A stretch of DNA of 63,373 bases, counting the filler, from Deltaproteobacteria bacterium (GTDB taxonomy: Bacteria > JAEEML01), in assembly GCA_016283195.1 (NCBI GenBank). It is 8 parts of 8 records of this genome, joined end to end, with 100 filler letters (N's around TTAATTAATTAA, not from the genome) between each part and the next. Parts side by side here need not be neighbours in the genome. Positions count along the whole stretch, not along the records: positions 1 to 19,715 come from JAEEML010000182.1; 7 more parts are not named here. The stretch is one strand, 5' to 3'. Below are positions 8,456 through 18,179 of this stretch, piece after piece (within the stretch, counting starts at the first letter, position 1; every line of letters begins with the position of its first letter). Made by a program: the position numbers and the translations under genes. The notes beneath the pieces were generated by a model that was given only the letters and a program-made list of their open reading frames with translations, was not told where the DNA came from and searched no databases.

Positions 8456-9876
8456 TGGATAATAAAGATATTTATACACCAAAAGAGATTGTGGCCCAGC
8501 TCGATAATTATGTGGTTGGGCAAAAAAACGCCAAACGGGCCGTGGCCATTGCTCTAAGAAATCGCTGGCGGCGGCAAAAGCTGGACGCGGCTATTAGAAA
8601 CGAAGTTTATCCCAAAAATATCATGCTGATAGGCCCCACAGGCGTGGGTAAAACCGAAATTGCCCGCCGCCTCGCTAAACTGGCCAAAGCCCCCTTTTTA
8701 AAAGTGGAGGCTTCTAAATTCACCGAGGTAGGCTATGTGGGGCGCGATGTGGAATCCATCATCCGCGATTTAACAGAAATTGCCGTGCAAATGGTGGAAA
8801 AAGAATTTGAAGCTAATGTACGCGTAAAAGCCGAAAAAAAAGCCAAAGAAAAAATCTTAAATATCCTCTTTCCGCAAAAAGCAGCTGAAGCACCGGCCGA
8901 AACTCCCAAAGAGCGGCCCGCAGTCTTTGTGGTGGACCCTAGCGGCAATGTGGCTAAAGACTTGCCGGTAAGTGCCGAAAGTCACCGTGATGATCTTTTA
9001 GCCCGCCTGGAAAAAGGCGAATTCGACGGGCGCAATATTGAAATTGAGGTGCGCGAAACAAGTAGCCCCATGCTCCAGGTTTTTGCCGGCACCGGGCTTG
9101 AAGAAATGGGCGTAAATTTTCAGGAAATGTTTGCCAACACCCCCTTTGGCGGCGGGAACAAAAAGAGCAAAAAACGCTCGCTTACGGTTAAAGAAGCCAT
9201 TCCGCTCTTAATTGAGCAGGAAGCCTCGCAAATGGTGGATAAAGACGCTGTTACCAAAGAGGCCATAAATAGAGCCGAAAATCACGGCATTGTCTTTATC
9301 GACGAGATAGACAAAATCACCACCAGGTCCGGCGGCGGCAGCGGCCACGGGCCGGAAGTCTCCCGCGAGGGCGTGCAGCGCGATCTCTTGCCCATTGTCG
9401 AAGGCACCACCGTCACTACCAAATATGGACCAGTTAATTCCGAGCATATTCTCTTTATTGCCGCCGGCGCCTTTCATGTGGCAGAAGTATCTGATTTAAT
9501 ACCAGAATTACAGGGGCGCTTTCCCATCCGCGTGGAGCTCGACGCCTTAACTGAAGAAGATTTTCTGCGCATTTTGACCGAGCCTTCCAACTCATTGGTT
9601 AAGCAATATTCTGCCCTTCTCGCTACAGAAGAGGTGACGCTAGATTTCAAAGAAGAGGCCTTAAAAGAGGTGGCCCATTTTGCCTGGGTTGTAAATAACC
9701 GCTCGCAAAATATCGGCGCTCGGCGGCTCCACACCATTATGGAAAAACTGGTGGAGGAAATTTCCTTTAACGCCCCGGAAATGAGCGGGCAGACAGTGAA
9801 TATAGATAGAGCCTTTGTGCTGGATAATTTGCAAAATCTGGTGGAAAACGAAGATCTTAGCCGCTATATTTTGTAA
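8455..9876 (+). CDS. hslU: ATP-dependent protease ATPase subunit
   Basis: GPTGVGKTEIARRLA, EASKFTEVGYVGRDVES, GVQRDLLP, NIGARRL, DLSRYIL. Confidence 0.98.
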   Translation: MDNKDIYTPKEIVAQLDNYVVGQKNAKRAVAIALRNRWRRQKLDAAIRNEVYPKNIMLIGPTGVGKTEIARRLAKLAKAPFLKVEASKFTEVGYVGRDVESIIRDLTEIAVQMVEKEFEANVRVKAEKKAKEKILNILFPQKAAEAPAETPKERPAVFVVDPSGNVAKDLPVSAESHRDDLLARLEKGEFDGRNIEIEVRETSSPMLQVFAGTGLEEMGVNFQEMFANTPFGGGNKKSKKRSLTVKEAIPLLIEQEASQMVDKDAVTKEAINRAENHGIVFIDEIDKITTRSGGGSGHGPEVSREGVQRDLLPIVEGTTVTTKYGPVNSEHILFIAAGAFHVAEVSDLIPELQGRFPIRVELDALTEEDFLRILTEPSNSLVKQYSALLATEEVTLDFKEEALKEVAHFAWVVNNRSQNIGARRLHTIMEKLVEEISFNAPEMSGQTVNIDRAFVLDNLQNLVENEDLSRYIL

Positions 9877-9910
9877 TTTTTTGATAACAAATAAAAAGCG
9901 AATTAAGCAA

Positions 9911-11347
9911 ATGAGCAAGCAACAAGATTTTTGGCAGGAAGAAAAACTTTGGCCGGATGTGCCGCCGGAGCGGCAAATTTTTTGTAACCGCACTATGAAT
10001 ATGCGCCATATCGGGGCTATCGGCTTTGATATGGATTATACTTTAATCCATTATCACGCCAGCGAGTGGGAAAAATGCGCTTTTGCCCATTTGCAAAAAA
10101 GTATTTCAAAAGAAGGCTTTCCGGCTGAAAATCTCACTTTTGACCCTTCTTTTATGCTGCGCGGTTTGGTGGTGGACAAGCAGCTGGGCAATTTAGTAAA
10201 AGCCAACCGCTTCGGTTATGTAAAAAAGGCCTTTCACGGCACAAGGCCGCTCACTTTTGAGGAGCAGCGCGCCGCTTACAGCCGCGTTTTGGTTTCTACC
10301 GATGAGCCGCGTTTTGCCTTTTTGAATACTCTTTTTGCCATTTCCGAAGGCTGTATGTACTCCCAATTGATTGACCGCCTGGAGGAAGGAGCCTTTAGCC
10401 GCCACATCAGTTACGGCGATCTCTATGATTTAGTGCGAAAATCTTTAAATGCTGCCTATATTGAAGGCCATTTACAGCGCGAGATCATGGCCGATCCGGC
10501 CCGCTTTGCCGTGCCTGACGATGAGCTTATTCTCACTTTGCAGGATCTCCGCGAAGCCGGTAAAAAGCTGCTTTTAATCACTAATTCCGACTGGAATTAC
10601 ACTAATTTTATGATGAATTACGTCTTTGGCCCTCATTTGCCGGCCGGTAGCGATTGGCGCTCGCTTTTTGACCTCGTGGTGGTAAGTTCAAGAAAACCGG
10701 AATTTTTCTCCGGTAATAGCCGCTTTTTTGAAGTGGTAAACGAAGAGGGCCTTTTAAAACCAGTAACCAGCGGCCTGGAATTTGGCAAGCAGTATCTTGG
10801 TGGCAACGCTCAAGCTGTGGAAAAATTGCTTGGCCTTTCCGGAGAAGAGATTCTCTATGTGGGCGATCACATTGTCGATGATATTTTAACTTCTAAAAGC
10901 ATGCTGCGCTGGCGCACCTGCCTTATTGTGCGCGAACTGGAAAAAGAGCTTTTGGCCGAGGAGGCTTTTGCCCCCTGCCGCAGCGATTTAAACGAACTCA
11001 TGGCCCGCAAAGAGAAGTTGGAATATATTCAGTGTCAATTAAAAGTACTTTTATTACGCAAGCACAAAAAATATGGCGATCCCAATGTCGGCGGGCGGTT
11101 AGTAACTAATAAACTGGCTGAATTAAAAGAAGATTTAATGAATCTTGATGAAAAACTCTCTCCTCTCGCTATAGCTTCCGGCCAGGTTTACAACGAAAAA
11201 TGGGGGCCGCTCCTGCGCGTTGGCAGTGAAGAAAGCTATTATTATGCTCAGCTTGAAGCCGGCGCCGATATTTATACTTCCAGAGTGAGCAATTTTCTTT
11301 ATGCTACACCTTTTGCCTTTTTCCGCTCGCGGCCAAAACTATATTAA
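9911..11347 (+). CDS. HAD-IG family 5'-nucleotidase (cN-II-like)
   Basis: IFCNRT, GFDMDYTL, LITNS, RKP.FF, LYVGDHI, WRT.LIV.ELE, ADIYTSRVSNF. Confidence 0.92.
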   Translation: MSKQQDFWQEEKLWPDVPPERQIFCNRTMNMRHIGAIGFDMDYTLIHYHASEWEKCAFAHLQKSISKEGFPAENLTFDPSFMLRGLVVDKQLGNLVKANRFGYVKKAFHGTRPLTFEEQRAAYSRVLVSTDEPRFAFLNTLFAISEGCMYSQLIDRLEEGAFSRHISYGDLYDLVRKSLNAAYIEGHLQREIMADPARFAVPDDELILTLQDLREAGKKLLLITNSDWNYTNFMMNYVFGPHLPAGSDWRSLFDLVVVSSRKPEFFSGNSRFFEVVNEEGLLKPVTSGLEFGKQYLGGNAQAVEKLLGLSGEEILYVGDHIVDDILTSKSMLRWRTCLIVRELEKELLAEEAFAPCRSDLNELMARKEKLEYIQCQLKVLLLRKHKKYGDPNVGGRLVTNKLAELKEDLMNLDEKLSPLAIASGQVYNEKWGPLLRVGSEESYYYAQLEAGADIYTSRVSNFLYATPFAFFRSRPKLY

Positions 11348-11358
11348 AAAAAGGTAAT

Positions 11359-11970
11359 CTAATTAAGTGCCACCACTCCGGCACAGCTAAATTCCGGAAT
11401 TAACATATATTCTTCGCTGGTGCTTATGCCATAGCTGCCGCCATCAAGTAGCGAAACCAAAAGCTCATTGCCCTTTAAATCCGGGCAAAAGGGGTAACCA
11501 AAGGAGTAGCGCCTTAGTTTTAAAGCCGGGTACTCTTTTTGCACCATATCCTGCGCCATTTGGGCCAGAGTTTCGGTGGCTTCCGCTCCCAGTCCGTGCA
11601 GATAAAAATAGTCGCTGAGGCGCTCTTTTTCCTCAAGCTCTTGGTAAAAAGAGCTAAATTTTTGGCCGAGACTCACCAAAAAGAGCCAGACTTTACCGCC
11701 GGGAAGTTCATGGCCGATAAAGGGCAAAAGTGGGGGCGGAGCTTCCGGTATTAGTACATATTCTTTAATAATAATAATGCCTTCCGGTATATTATTCTCT
11801 TTTAATTCGCCGGTTAATCTAGTAAAAAGTGGGCGTACTTTCTGCGCTTCATACTGGGCTTTTTCCATGGGGCTCATGGAACTCTGCAAAAGGCGCCAGC
11901 GGGTAGTAAAAAGGCGGCGGGTGTTAAGGTTGGAAAAGAGAACATTAGGTAAAAATTTAATTATTTTCAT
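11359..11970 (-). CDS. B12-dependent methionine synthase reactivation (AdoMet-binding) domain, stand-alone
   Basis: YFYLHGLGAEATE, RYSFGYP.CPDL, LIPEFS motifs; overlaps the metH stop (ATGA). Confidence 0.85.
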   Translation of the reverse strand: MKIIKFLPNVLFSNLNTRRLFTTRWRLLQSSMSPMEKAQYEAQKVRPLFTRLTGELKENNIPEGIIIIKEYVLIPEAPPPLLPFIGHELPGGKVWLFLVSLGQKFSSFYQELEEKERLSDYFYLHGLGAEATETLAQMAQDMVQKEYPALKLRRYSFGYPFCPDLKGNELLVSLLDGGSYGISTSEEYMLIPEFSCAGVVALN

Positions 11971-14471
11971 GACTTTATATAGCGCAAATCATCAAAGGCA
12001 TCCTTACAATAAAAGACTTTGCCGCCCGGATAAGCTGGAGCCAGAGTTTCCTCGGTAAAATCAGGGGTGAGTGCGGCACCGCCCACCAGCACGGGAATGG
12101 TAAGTCCCGCTTCTTTAAAGGCTTTTACATAATCAATCATAGCCATGGCGCTGGAGACCAAAAGACCGGAAAGACCGATAGCTGCCGGCTTTTCCGCTTT
12201 AGCCACTTCCAGTATGCGCTCAATGGGCACTTTTATGCCTAGGTCGATAACTTTTATGCCGTTATTTTGCAAAATCATTTTGACCAGATTTTTGCCGATA
12301 TCATGCACATCGCCGCGCACAGTAGCCAAAATAACTTTGGGCCCGCTAGGCTCTCCGCCGGCAGCGGCAAAGTGCGGCTCCAGCAATTTTGTGGCTTTAC
12401 TCATCACTTCGGCGCTTTTTAAGACAAAGGGCAGCTCTATTTTGCCCTGCCCCATTTTTTCTCCTACTTCAGCCATAGCCGGCAGCAAAATATCGCTTAA
12501 AATTGCTTCGGCCGGCTTTTCGGCCAAAAGGTCCGGCAGGGCTTTTAATAAATCCTCGCGCCCGCGTAAAATGGCCAGTTTTACGCTTTCGGCCGGGCTC
12601 AAAGTAAGCGGCTCATCTTTAGCGGCAAGCTCAATATCTGAAAATAATTTTATAAATAATTCCAATGGATCGCCGTCTTCGGCCCGGTTATAAATAAGAT
12701 TTAAAGCTATTTTTTTAGCTTCTTCGGGCAATTTTTTGAGCGGCAAAATCTGAGCCGGATTGACAATAGCAGCCGCAAGGCCGGCCTTTTTAGCTTCATA
12801 AAGAAATACGGAATTTAAAATGGGGCGGCTTTTGGCACTTAAACCAAAACTGATATTGGAAAGCCCCAAAACCGTATGCGCTTTGGGGCAAATTTCATGG
12901 AGCCCCTTTATGGCCTCCAGCGTCTCCATAGCCGAAGTTTTGAGGCTCTCTTCGCCTGAGGCCAGAGTAAAAGTAAGAAAGTCAATAAATATAGCTTCTT
13001 CCGGCACACCTTCGGCCTTTGCGAGCGTTATAAGCCGGCGGGCAATATCAAGTTTTTCGGCGGCTTTTTTGGCCATGCCCGCTTCATCTATGGTGAGCGC
13101 TATCACCATAGCGCCATATTTTTGGGCCAGTTTTAAAATAGCTTTGGCCTTTTGCCCGCCGTCTTCCAGATTAATGGAATTAATAAGCGCCCGGCCGCTA
13201 TAGAGCATGAGCGCTTCTTCCAGAGCCTTGGGGCTGGTGCTGTCTAAAACCAAGGGGAGGCGCGAAGATTTATTAGCTCTTTGAGTGAGCTCTTTTAAGA
13301 GCGCTTCTTCATCGAGCCCGGCATAAGCTACACTTAAATCTATAGCGTGAGCCCCTTTTTGTTCTTGGTCTAAAAGTATTGCCAGAGAATCATCTAACTT
13401 ACCGGAAAGTAAAGTCTTTCTAAAGGCTTTACTGCCGGTGGCATTGGTGCGCTCGGCAATCATAATGGGCTTTTCGGCCCGCTCTATATCGAGCGCGCCA
13501 TAGAGGCTGGAGAGCATAACCGGCGGCGCCGGCCTGGCAAATTCCGGCCTATTTTGGCCCTTTATGGCCTGATTTATAGCCGCTATATGTTGCGGCGAAG
13601 TGCCGCAACAGCCGCCCACGATGGAGAGCGGTATCTTTTGCATAATTTCCGCTATGTGGGTGCCCATTTCGGCCGGGCTCTCTGGGTATAAAAGGCCGCT
13701 TGGCGTTGTTTGCGGCAAGCCGGCATTGGGGTAAAAACCTATATATCCCGGCCAGATAGCGGCTAGTTCCGCTAAATATGGCGAGAGTGCTTCCGGGCCG
13801 TTTCCGCAATTAAAACCCAAAATATCAATGCCAAGCGGCCAAAGAGCGCTCACTACGGCCGCAATGGGCGACCCGGTGAGGAGAGTGCCGTTTTTTTCCA
13901 AAGTAACAGAGACATATATAGGCACTTCATGGCCCGCTTTTTGCTCGGCGTGAGCGGCGGCTACTGCGGCTTTTATTTGCAAAAGGTCCTGCGCGGTTTC
14001 TATTTGCAGCATATCGGCGCCGCCGGAAATCAGGCCCGCTATTTGGCAGCGATAGCCCTCATAGAGCTCTTTGTAAGATATTTGCCCCAGTGAAGGCAAC
14101 TTGTCGCCCGGGCCGATAGAAGCCGAAACAAAGCGGGGAATGCCTGTTTTTTCTGTATAAAAAGCGGCCGCTTTTTTAGCTAAAAGCACCGCTTCTTCAT
14201 TTAACTTTTCGCACTCTCCAGCAAGGCTGTGCTCAGCCAAAAGGCGCGGCACGGCACTAAAGGAATCCGTCTCGATTATCTCGGCGCCGTTTTCCAAAAA
14301 AGCGCTATGAATTTCACTAATTACTTCCGGTGCCGAGCGCACAAGATAATCAAAACAACCGGGATGAGCGCCAAAAATCTCCGGGCCATAATTTTTAGCC
14401 ATGAGCGTTGTGCCCATAGCGCCATCTAGCATTAGCGGCCGCTTTTTTAAAATATCTAATATTTTAGCCAT
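11967..14471 (-). CDS. metH: B12-dependent methionine synthase (homocysteine-, pterin- and cobalamin-binding domains)
   Basis: LDGAMGT, IETAQDLLQIKAA, GFNC, PNAGLP, GGCCGT, ERTNATGSKAF, ATVRGDVHDIGKNLV, GLSGLL. Confidence 0.95.
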   Translation of the reverse strand: MAKILDILKKRPLMLDGAMGTTLMAKNYGPEIFGAHPGCFDYLVRSAPEVISEIHSAFLENGAEIIETDSFSAVPRLLAEHSLAGECEKLNEEAVLLAKKAAAFYTEKTGIPRFVSASIGPGDKLPSLGQISYKELYEGYRCQIAGLISGGADMLQIETAQDLLQIKAAVAAAHAEQKAGHEVPIYVSVTLEKNGTLLTGSPIAAVVSALWPLGIDILGFNCGNGPEALSPYLAELAAIWPGYIGFYPNAGLPQTTPSGLLYPESPAEMGTHIAEIMQKIPLSIVGGCCGTSPQHIAAINQAIKGQNRPEFARPAPPVMLSSLYGALDIERAEKPIMIAERTNATGSKAFRKTLLSGKLDDSLAILLDQEQKGAHAIDLSVAYAGLDEEALLKELTQRANKSSRLPLVLDSTSPKALEEALMLYSGRALINSINLEDGGQKAKAILKLAQKYGAMVIALTIDEAGMAKKAAEKLDIARRLITLAKAEGVPEEAIFIDFLTFTLASGEESLKTSAMETLEAIKGLHEICPKAHTVLGLSNISFGLSAKSRPILNSVFLYEAKKAGLAAAIVNPAQILPLKKLPEEAKKIALNLIYNRAEDGDPLELFIKLFSDIELAAKDEPLTLSPAESVKLAILRGREDLLKALPDLLAEKPAEAILSDILLPAMAEVGEKMGQGKIELPFVLKSAEVMSKATKLLEPHFAAAGGEPSGPKVILATVRGDVHDIGKNLVKMILQNNGIKVIDLGIKVPIERILEVAKAEKPAAIGLSGLLVSSAMAMIDYVKAFKEAGLTIPVLVGGAALTPDFTEETLAPAYPGGKVFYCKDAFDDLRYIKS

Positions 14472-14472
14472 A

Positions 14473-15669
14473 TTACCAATTATCAAGCAGAGTGTTTATC
14501 TCGTCGGCGCTGTTATAAAAATGGGGTGAAATACGCACTGTTATATCTTTGTCCTTTTTCTCCGGGCTTCTGGCGGCAATGTAAATGCCCTTTTTCTCCA
14601 TTTTCTCTACAAACTCTTCGGCATCGGAGCGCAAAACCGACACAATACCGGCGTGCTTAGCACGCTCTATGGGGGTAATAACCCGGGCATCTTTGGCCAG
14701 AAGCCCGCTAATCAGCTGCTCGCTTAAATCCAGCACTCTGTCGCGCACAATTTGCGCATTAAAGCGGCCTAAAAATTTAATAGCCGCTTCGAGAGCAATA
14801 AGGGGCAAAATTGAGGTTACCCCCAGTTCTACGGCCCGCGCCTCTTTAGCCGGGAAAAAGTGATGATTATTATATTCTTCAGGATTACGGGCAGATAACC
14901 AGCCGGCCAGTGGCGGAAAGCCTTCTCCGCGCATCCCGGGAGCCACATAGAGCACTGTGCCGCCGGGACCGGCCATCAGCCATTTGTGGCTGGCAAAAGT
15001 GAGAGCGCTGGCGCCAATTTTGCTGACATCTATTGGCAAAAGCCCGGCCGCCTGAGTAGCATTGACAAAGAGCGGCACACCTTGCACTTTGAGTTCCTCA
15101 GCCAGAGCCGCCACTTCATCGAGGCGGGCGCCGGTTCTATACTGCACCAGGCTCACCACAACAGCCGCTGTTTTTTCTTTATCCACTTTGCGCAGTATCT
15201 GGGCTATGTCATAGTGATTATCATTTTCCGGGCGCACAAAATTGAGCTTATAACCCAGCCTCTTAAAGGGAATAGTGGAGGAGGGAAACTCATCTTGTAA
15301 AGTCACCACATCATTTCTTGCTTTATCCAGCCTTTTAAGGCGGAGAGCCAGCAAATTCATAGCTGCCGAAGTGGATCCGACAAAAGCTATATTATCGGCT
15401 TCGCTATGAATATATTGCGCTACACATTCCCGCACCCGGGCGATAATAGCCGGCGTTTCTTTTTCTATCCTGGCCACTTCGTTATACATGGCCTCAAGGT
15501 GCTCGCTCATGGCCTTTTTAACGCTCATAGGCAGCGGGGCCAGCGAGGCGTTATTAAGATATATCTCGCCGTTTTTAAAGCAAAATTCGCTTCGTATATC
15601 ATCAAAAGAACTTTGTTTTTTCACAACAACCGGCGCTACTTTTTTTTCACTTACTTTCTTTTCACTCAT
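14473..15669 (-). CDS. Class V PLP-dependent aminotransferase (cysteine desulfurase-like)
   Basis: YLNNAS, ATQAAG, SHKWLMAG, RISPHFYN. Confidence 0.88.
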   Translation of the reverse strand: MSEKKVSEKKVAPVVVKKQSSFDDIRSEFCFKNGEIYLNNASLAPLPMSVKKAMSEHLEAMYNEVARIEKETPAIIARVRECVAQYIHSEADNIAFVGSTSAAMNLLALRLKRLDKARNDVVTLQDEFPSSTIPFKRLGYKLNFVRPENDNHYDIAQILRKVDKEKTAAVVVSLVQYRTGARLDEVAALAEELKVQGVPLFVNATQAAGLLPIDVSKIGASALTFASHKWLMAGPGGTVLYVAPGMRGEGFPPLAGWLSARNPEEYNNHHFFPAKEARAVELGVTSILPLIALEAAIKFLGRFNAQIVRDRVLDLSEQLISGLLAKDARVITPIERAKHAGIVSVLRSDAEEFVEKMEKKGIYIAARSPEKKDKDITVRISPHFYNSADEINTLLDNW

Positions 15670-16634
15670 TTATTTATTTCCTTATCTTTAGCTTCTTTAA
15701 GGTAGCGTATGCCTACCCTTCTGACAGCTATAAATTCCGCATAAAAGTTTTTAGAGGCAAAACCAAAGGTGGATCTTTGGGCATTTTCAATAAGATAATC
15801 CAAATCATCAGATTTATATTCGGTGGTAAGTTTACGCACTCCGGCCGGGCCATGATTATAGCCCGTTAAAATAAGTGGCCATTTTTTCAGCATTTTTTCA
15901 ATGCGCTTAAATAGCTTGGCCGCCGCTCTCGTGGCTTTTATGGGGTTTAGGCGCTCATCTTTTTGCCTAGTGACAGTAAGCCCCATTTCCCGCGCCGTAT
16001 CGGGCATGAGCTGCCAAAGGCCGGCCGCTCCGGCAAAAGAATGGATAGAAGGCGTGCACATCGATTCCACAAAAACCAGCCAGTAAAGATCTTCCGGCAA
16101 TTTGTAACTTTTTAAAGTATTTTCAATCTCTTTTTTGAGCGGAGCGCAGCGCTGCATGGCAATTATAAAAGCATCGGCGGCACCGCGCTGAATATGCACC
16201 CTGGTCCAGGCTTTTTTTATTTTATCAGGGTAGGCTTTTTTTAATTTATTTAGATGCTCTAAAGTTATGCTATCAACATTTTCGTTTAAATATTCACTAT
16301 TTCCATCGCTTAGTGCGTGCAACACTTCTTGCATGTTTTCTTCGGATTCGCGCAAAAAGAGGCGCAGGCGCCGCACCGTTTCACCGGCTTTTTCACCTTC
16401 AATCACTTCAAAAATAACGGTGCTGTAAGTTAGTTCCGGGTATTTTATATCATGCAAAAGATAGTGGTTACTGGGCAAATCGCGAAAGATAAATTCCCAA
16501 AAATTCACTCTTGGTTCAAAAGCCGGGCTCACGGGAAAGGTTAGTTCTGCGGTAGATGTGAGTTCTCCGGACACTGTACCCAAAGTGGCAGGCTCAGAAG
16601 CTGCCAATAGTAATGCCTGAAGGAGTAACCACAT
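15666..16634 (-). CDS. Lytic transglycosylase (SLT/MltD-like)
   Basis: LVFVES, AGAAGLWQLMP.TA, DERL.P, YNHG, FGFASKNFYAEF. Confidence 0.9.
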   Translation of the reverse strand: MWLLLQALLLAASEPATLGTVSGELTSTAELTFPVSPAFEPRVNFWEFIFRDLPSNHYLLHDIKYPELTYSTVIFEVIEGEKAGETVRRLRLFLRESEENMQEVLHALSDGNSEYLNENVDSITLEHLNKLKKAYPDKIKKAWTRVHIQRGAADAFIIAMQRCAPLKKEIENTLKSYKLPEDLYWLVFVESMCTPSIHSFAGAAGLWQLMPDTAREMGLTVTRQKDERLNPIKATRAAAKLFKRIEKMLKKWPLILTGYNHGPAGVRKLTTEYKSDDLDYLIENAQRSTFGFASKNFYAEFIAVRRVGIRYLKEAKDKEINK

Positions 16635-16679
16635 AAAAACCTCTTTAACTAACCGATATTTATTTTTGCTATAGCCGGG

Positions 16680-17465
16680 CTATTTATTATCTGTCCTGGC
16701 TTGCGGCGCGAGTTCGCGCACAAAGCGCTTTTTATCTAAATAATAATGCCCTTGCAAACTGGGGATAAGTTCGTTTTTGCCATTATCCGGCAGCGCCCAC
16801 TCTGCTTTACACAAAAAAGCCGCTACCCGCTGCTGCACCCTGGGGCTAAATTCTTCATCAAGCACTTGCGGCGCCAGTTCTTTAGCTACCAGAGCGGCTG
16901 TTTCCTTATTCACAAAGCCTTTATAGCGCGCTCTATCGAAAATATCGAGCACCGCGAGGCGCACATCGTCATCATGATCTTGCAAATAAGGTGTGAGAGA
17001 GGACAAAAATTTACCATCATCATGCTCTTCAATTTGGTAAATAATTTGGAGTTTTAGCTCCCCACTGCGATGATCTTCCGGGCCATAGCTATTAAGCACA
17101 CCTATTAAAAACGAGAGCACTTCATCTTTAGATTGCAATTCAAAAAGGGCATTTATGGGATAGGTGAGATTTTTCTCACGAGCAATATATTCTCTTATGG
17201 GATTAATCGAAACTTCACCCAAATCAACCAAAGTTTTTTCCAGCCACTTTTTTTCTTCTTCATCGGCTATTTCGCCGGTGGCATTAATGGTAAAGCGCTT
17301 TAAAAGGCCGGCTATAGCGGCCGGGGTGCCGTCTTTTACCAAGCGATCCATGGCCTCGCGGCGCATTTCTGGCTGGGCAAATTGGTTAGTAGCCATTTTT
17401 GTTTGTTTGGCAATAGCCTTCTCACTAAGGCCGCTGCCTCCGGAAAAGAGACCTAAAAAACCCAT
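16680..17465 (-). CDS. HEAT-repeat-like hypothetical protein
   Basis: All-helical ORF with LLKRF and YLQD.DDDVR motifs. Confidence 0.7.
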   Translation of the reverse strand: MGFLGLFSGGSGLSEKAIAKQTKMATNQFAQPEMRREAMDRLVKDGTPAAIAGLLKRFTINATGEIADEEEKKWLEKTLVDLGEVSINPIREYIAREKNLTYPINALFELQSKDEVLSFLIGVLNSYGPEDHRSGELKLQIIYQIEEHDDGKFLSSLTPYLQDHDDDVRLAVLDIFDRARYKGFVNKETAALVAKELAPQVLDEEFSPRVQQRVAAFLCKAEWALPDNGKNELIPSLQGHYYLDKKRFVRELAPQARTDNK

Positions 17466-17606
17466 TTATGATGCTCCAAAGGAGGGAACTTGGCCCTCAA
17501 AAAAAAGACGCCACTTAATTAACATAAAATGATACTTGTTGCTAGCCCCCAACTTAACGCATAATATCAGAGTGTTTTTTGGGGCTTTTGCCGAGGAGAT
17601 ATTGCC

Positions 17607-18179
17607 ATGAAATTACGCCATCTTGTTTTATCATTCTTAATTATGTCGGCTTCTTTGCCTATGGCCAGGGCTTCTACAGTGCTGGTGCCAACGGCCAAGC
17701 GCTTTACGGAAATGGCCAAAACCATAGCGCATATAAAAGTAGAAGAAAAAGAATCCATGTGGGTTGACGGCCGCATAGTTACTAAAATCACCGCGCGGGT
17801 GGTGGAACCTATTAAAGGCAGCAAACAAACCGATGTTATCACTTTTATGATTCCCGGCGGCAGAGTAGGTAATTTGGAAGCCGTCTCCAGCGGCACGCCT
17901 ATATTGGAAAAAGATGAAGAACTGGTAGTCTTTTTGGAAAAAGGCAATCTTGGTCGCCACCATCTTTTAGGACAGTCTCTGGGCCTTTATCGTTTGCGTT
18001 TTGATAAAAAAATCGGCCAATTTATCGCTACGCGCGATATCAGCCAATTAGCTCTTGTTGCCGCTTCCCCTGAAGTTGACATAAGCAAAATGGCTCGCAT
18101 TAGAGAAATTCGCCTGCCGGAACTCATCAGCGAGATTAAAGGCCTGATGGCTATAGAAGAAAACGGAGGTAAAAAATGA
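17607..18179 (+). CDS. Secreted hypothetical protein, co-transcribed with the matrixin gene
   Basis: Signal peptide; PGGRVG...G.P.L..DEE.VVFL motif; overlaps the next start. Confidence 0.75.
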   Translation: MKLRHLVLSFLIMSASLPMARASTVLVPTAKRFTEMAKTIAHIKVEEKESMWVDGRIVTKITARVVEPIKGSKQTDVITFMIPGGRVGNLEAVSSGTPILEKDEELVVFLEKGNLGRHHLLGQSLGLYRLRFDKKIGQFIATRDISQLALVAASPEVDISKMARIREIRLPELISEIKGLMAIEENGGKK

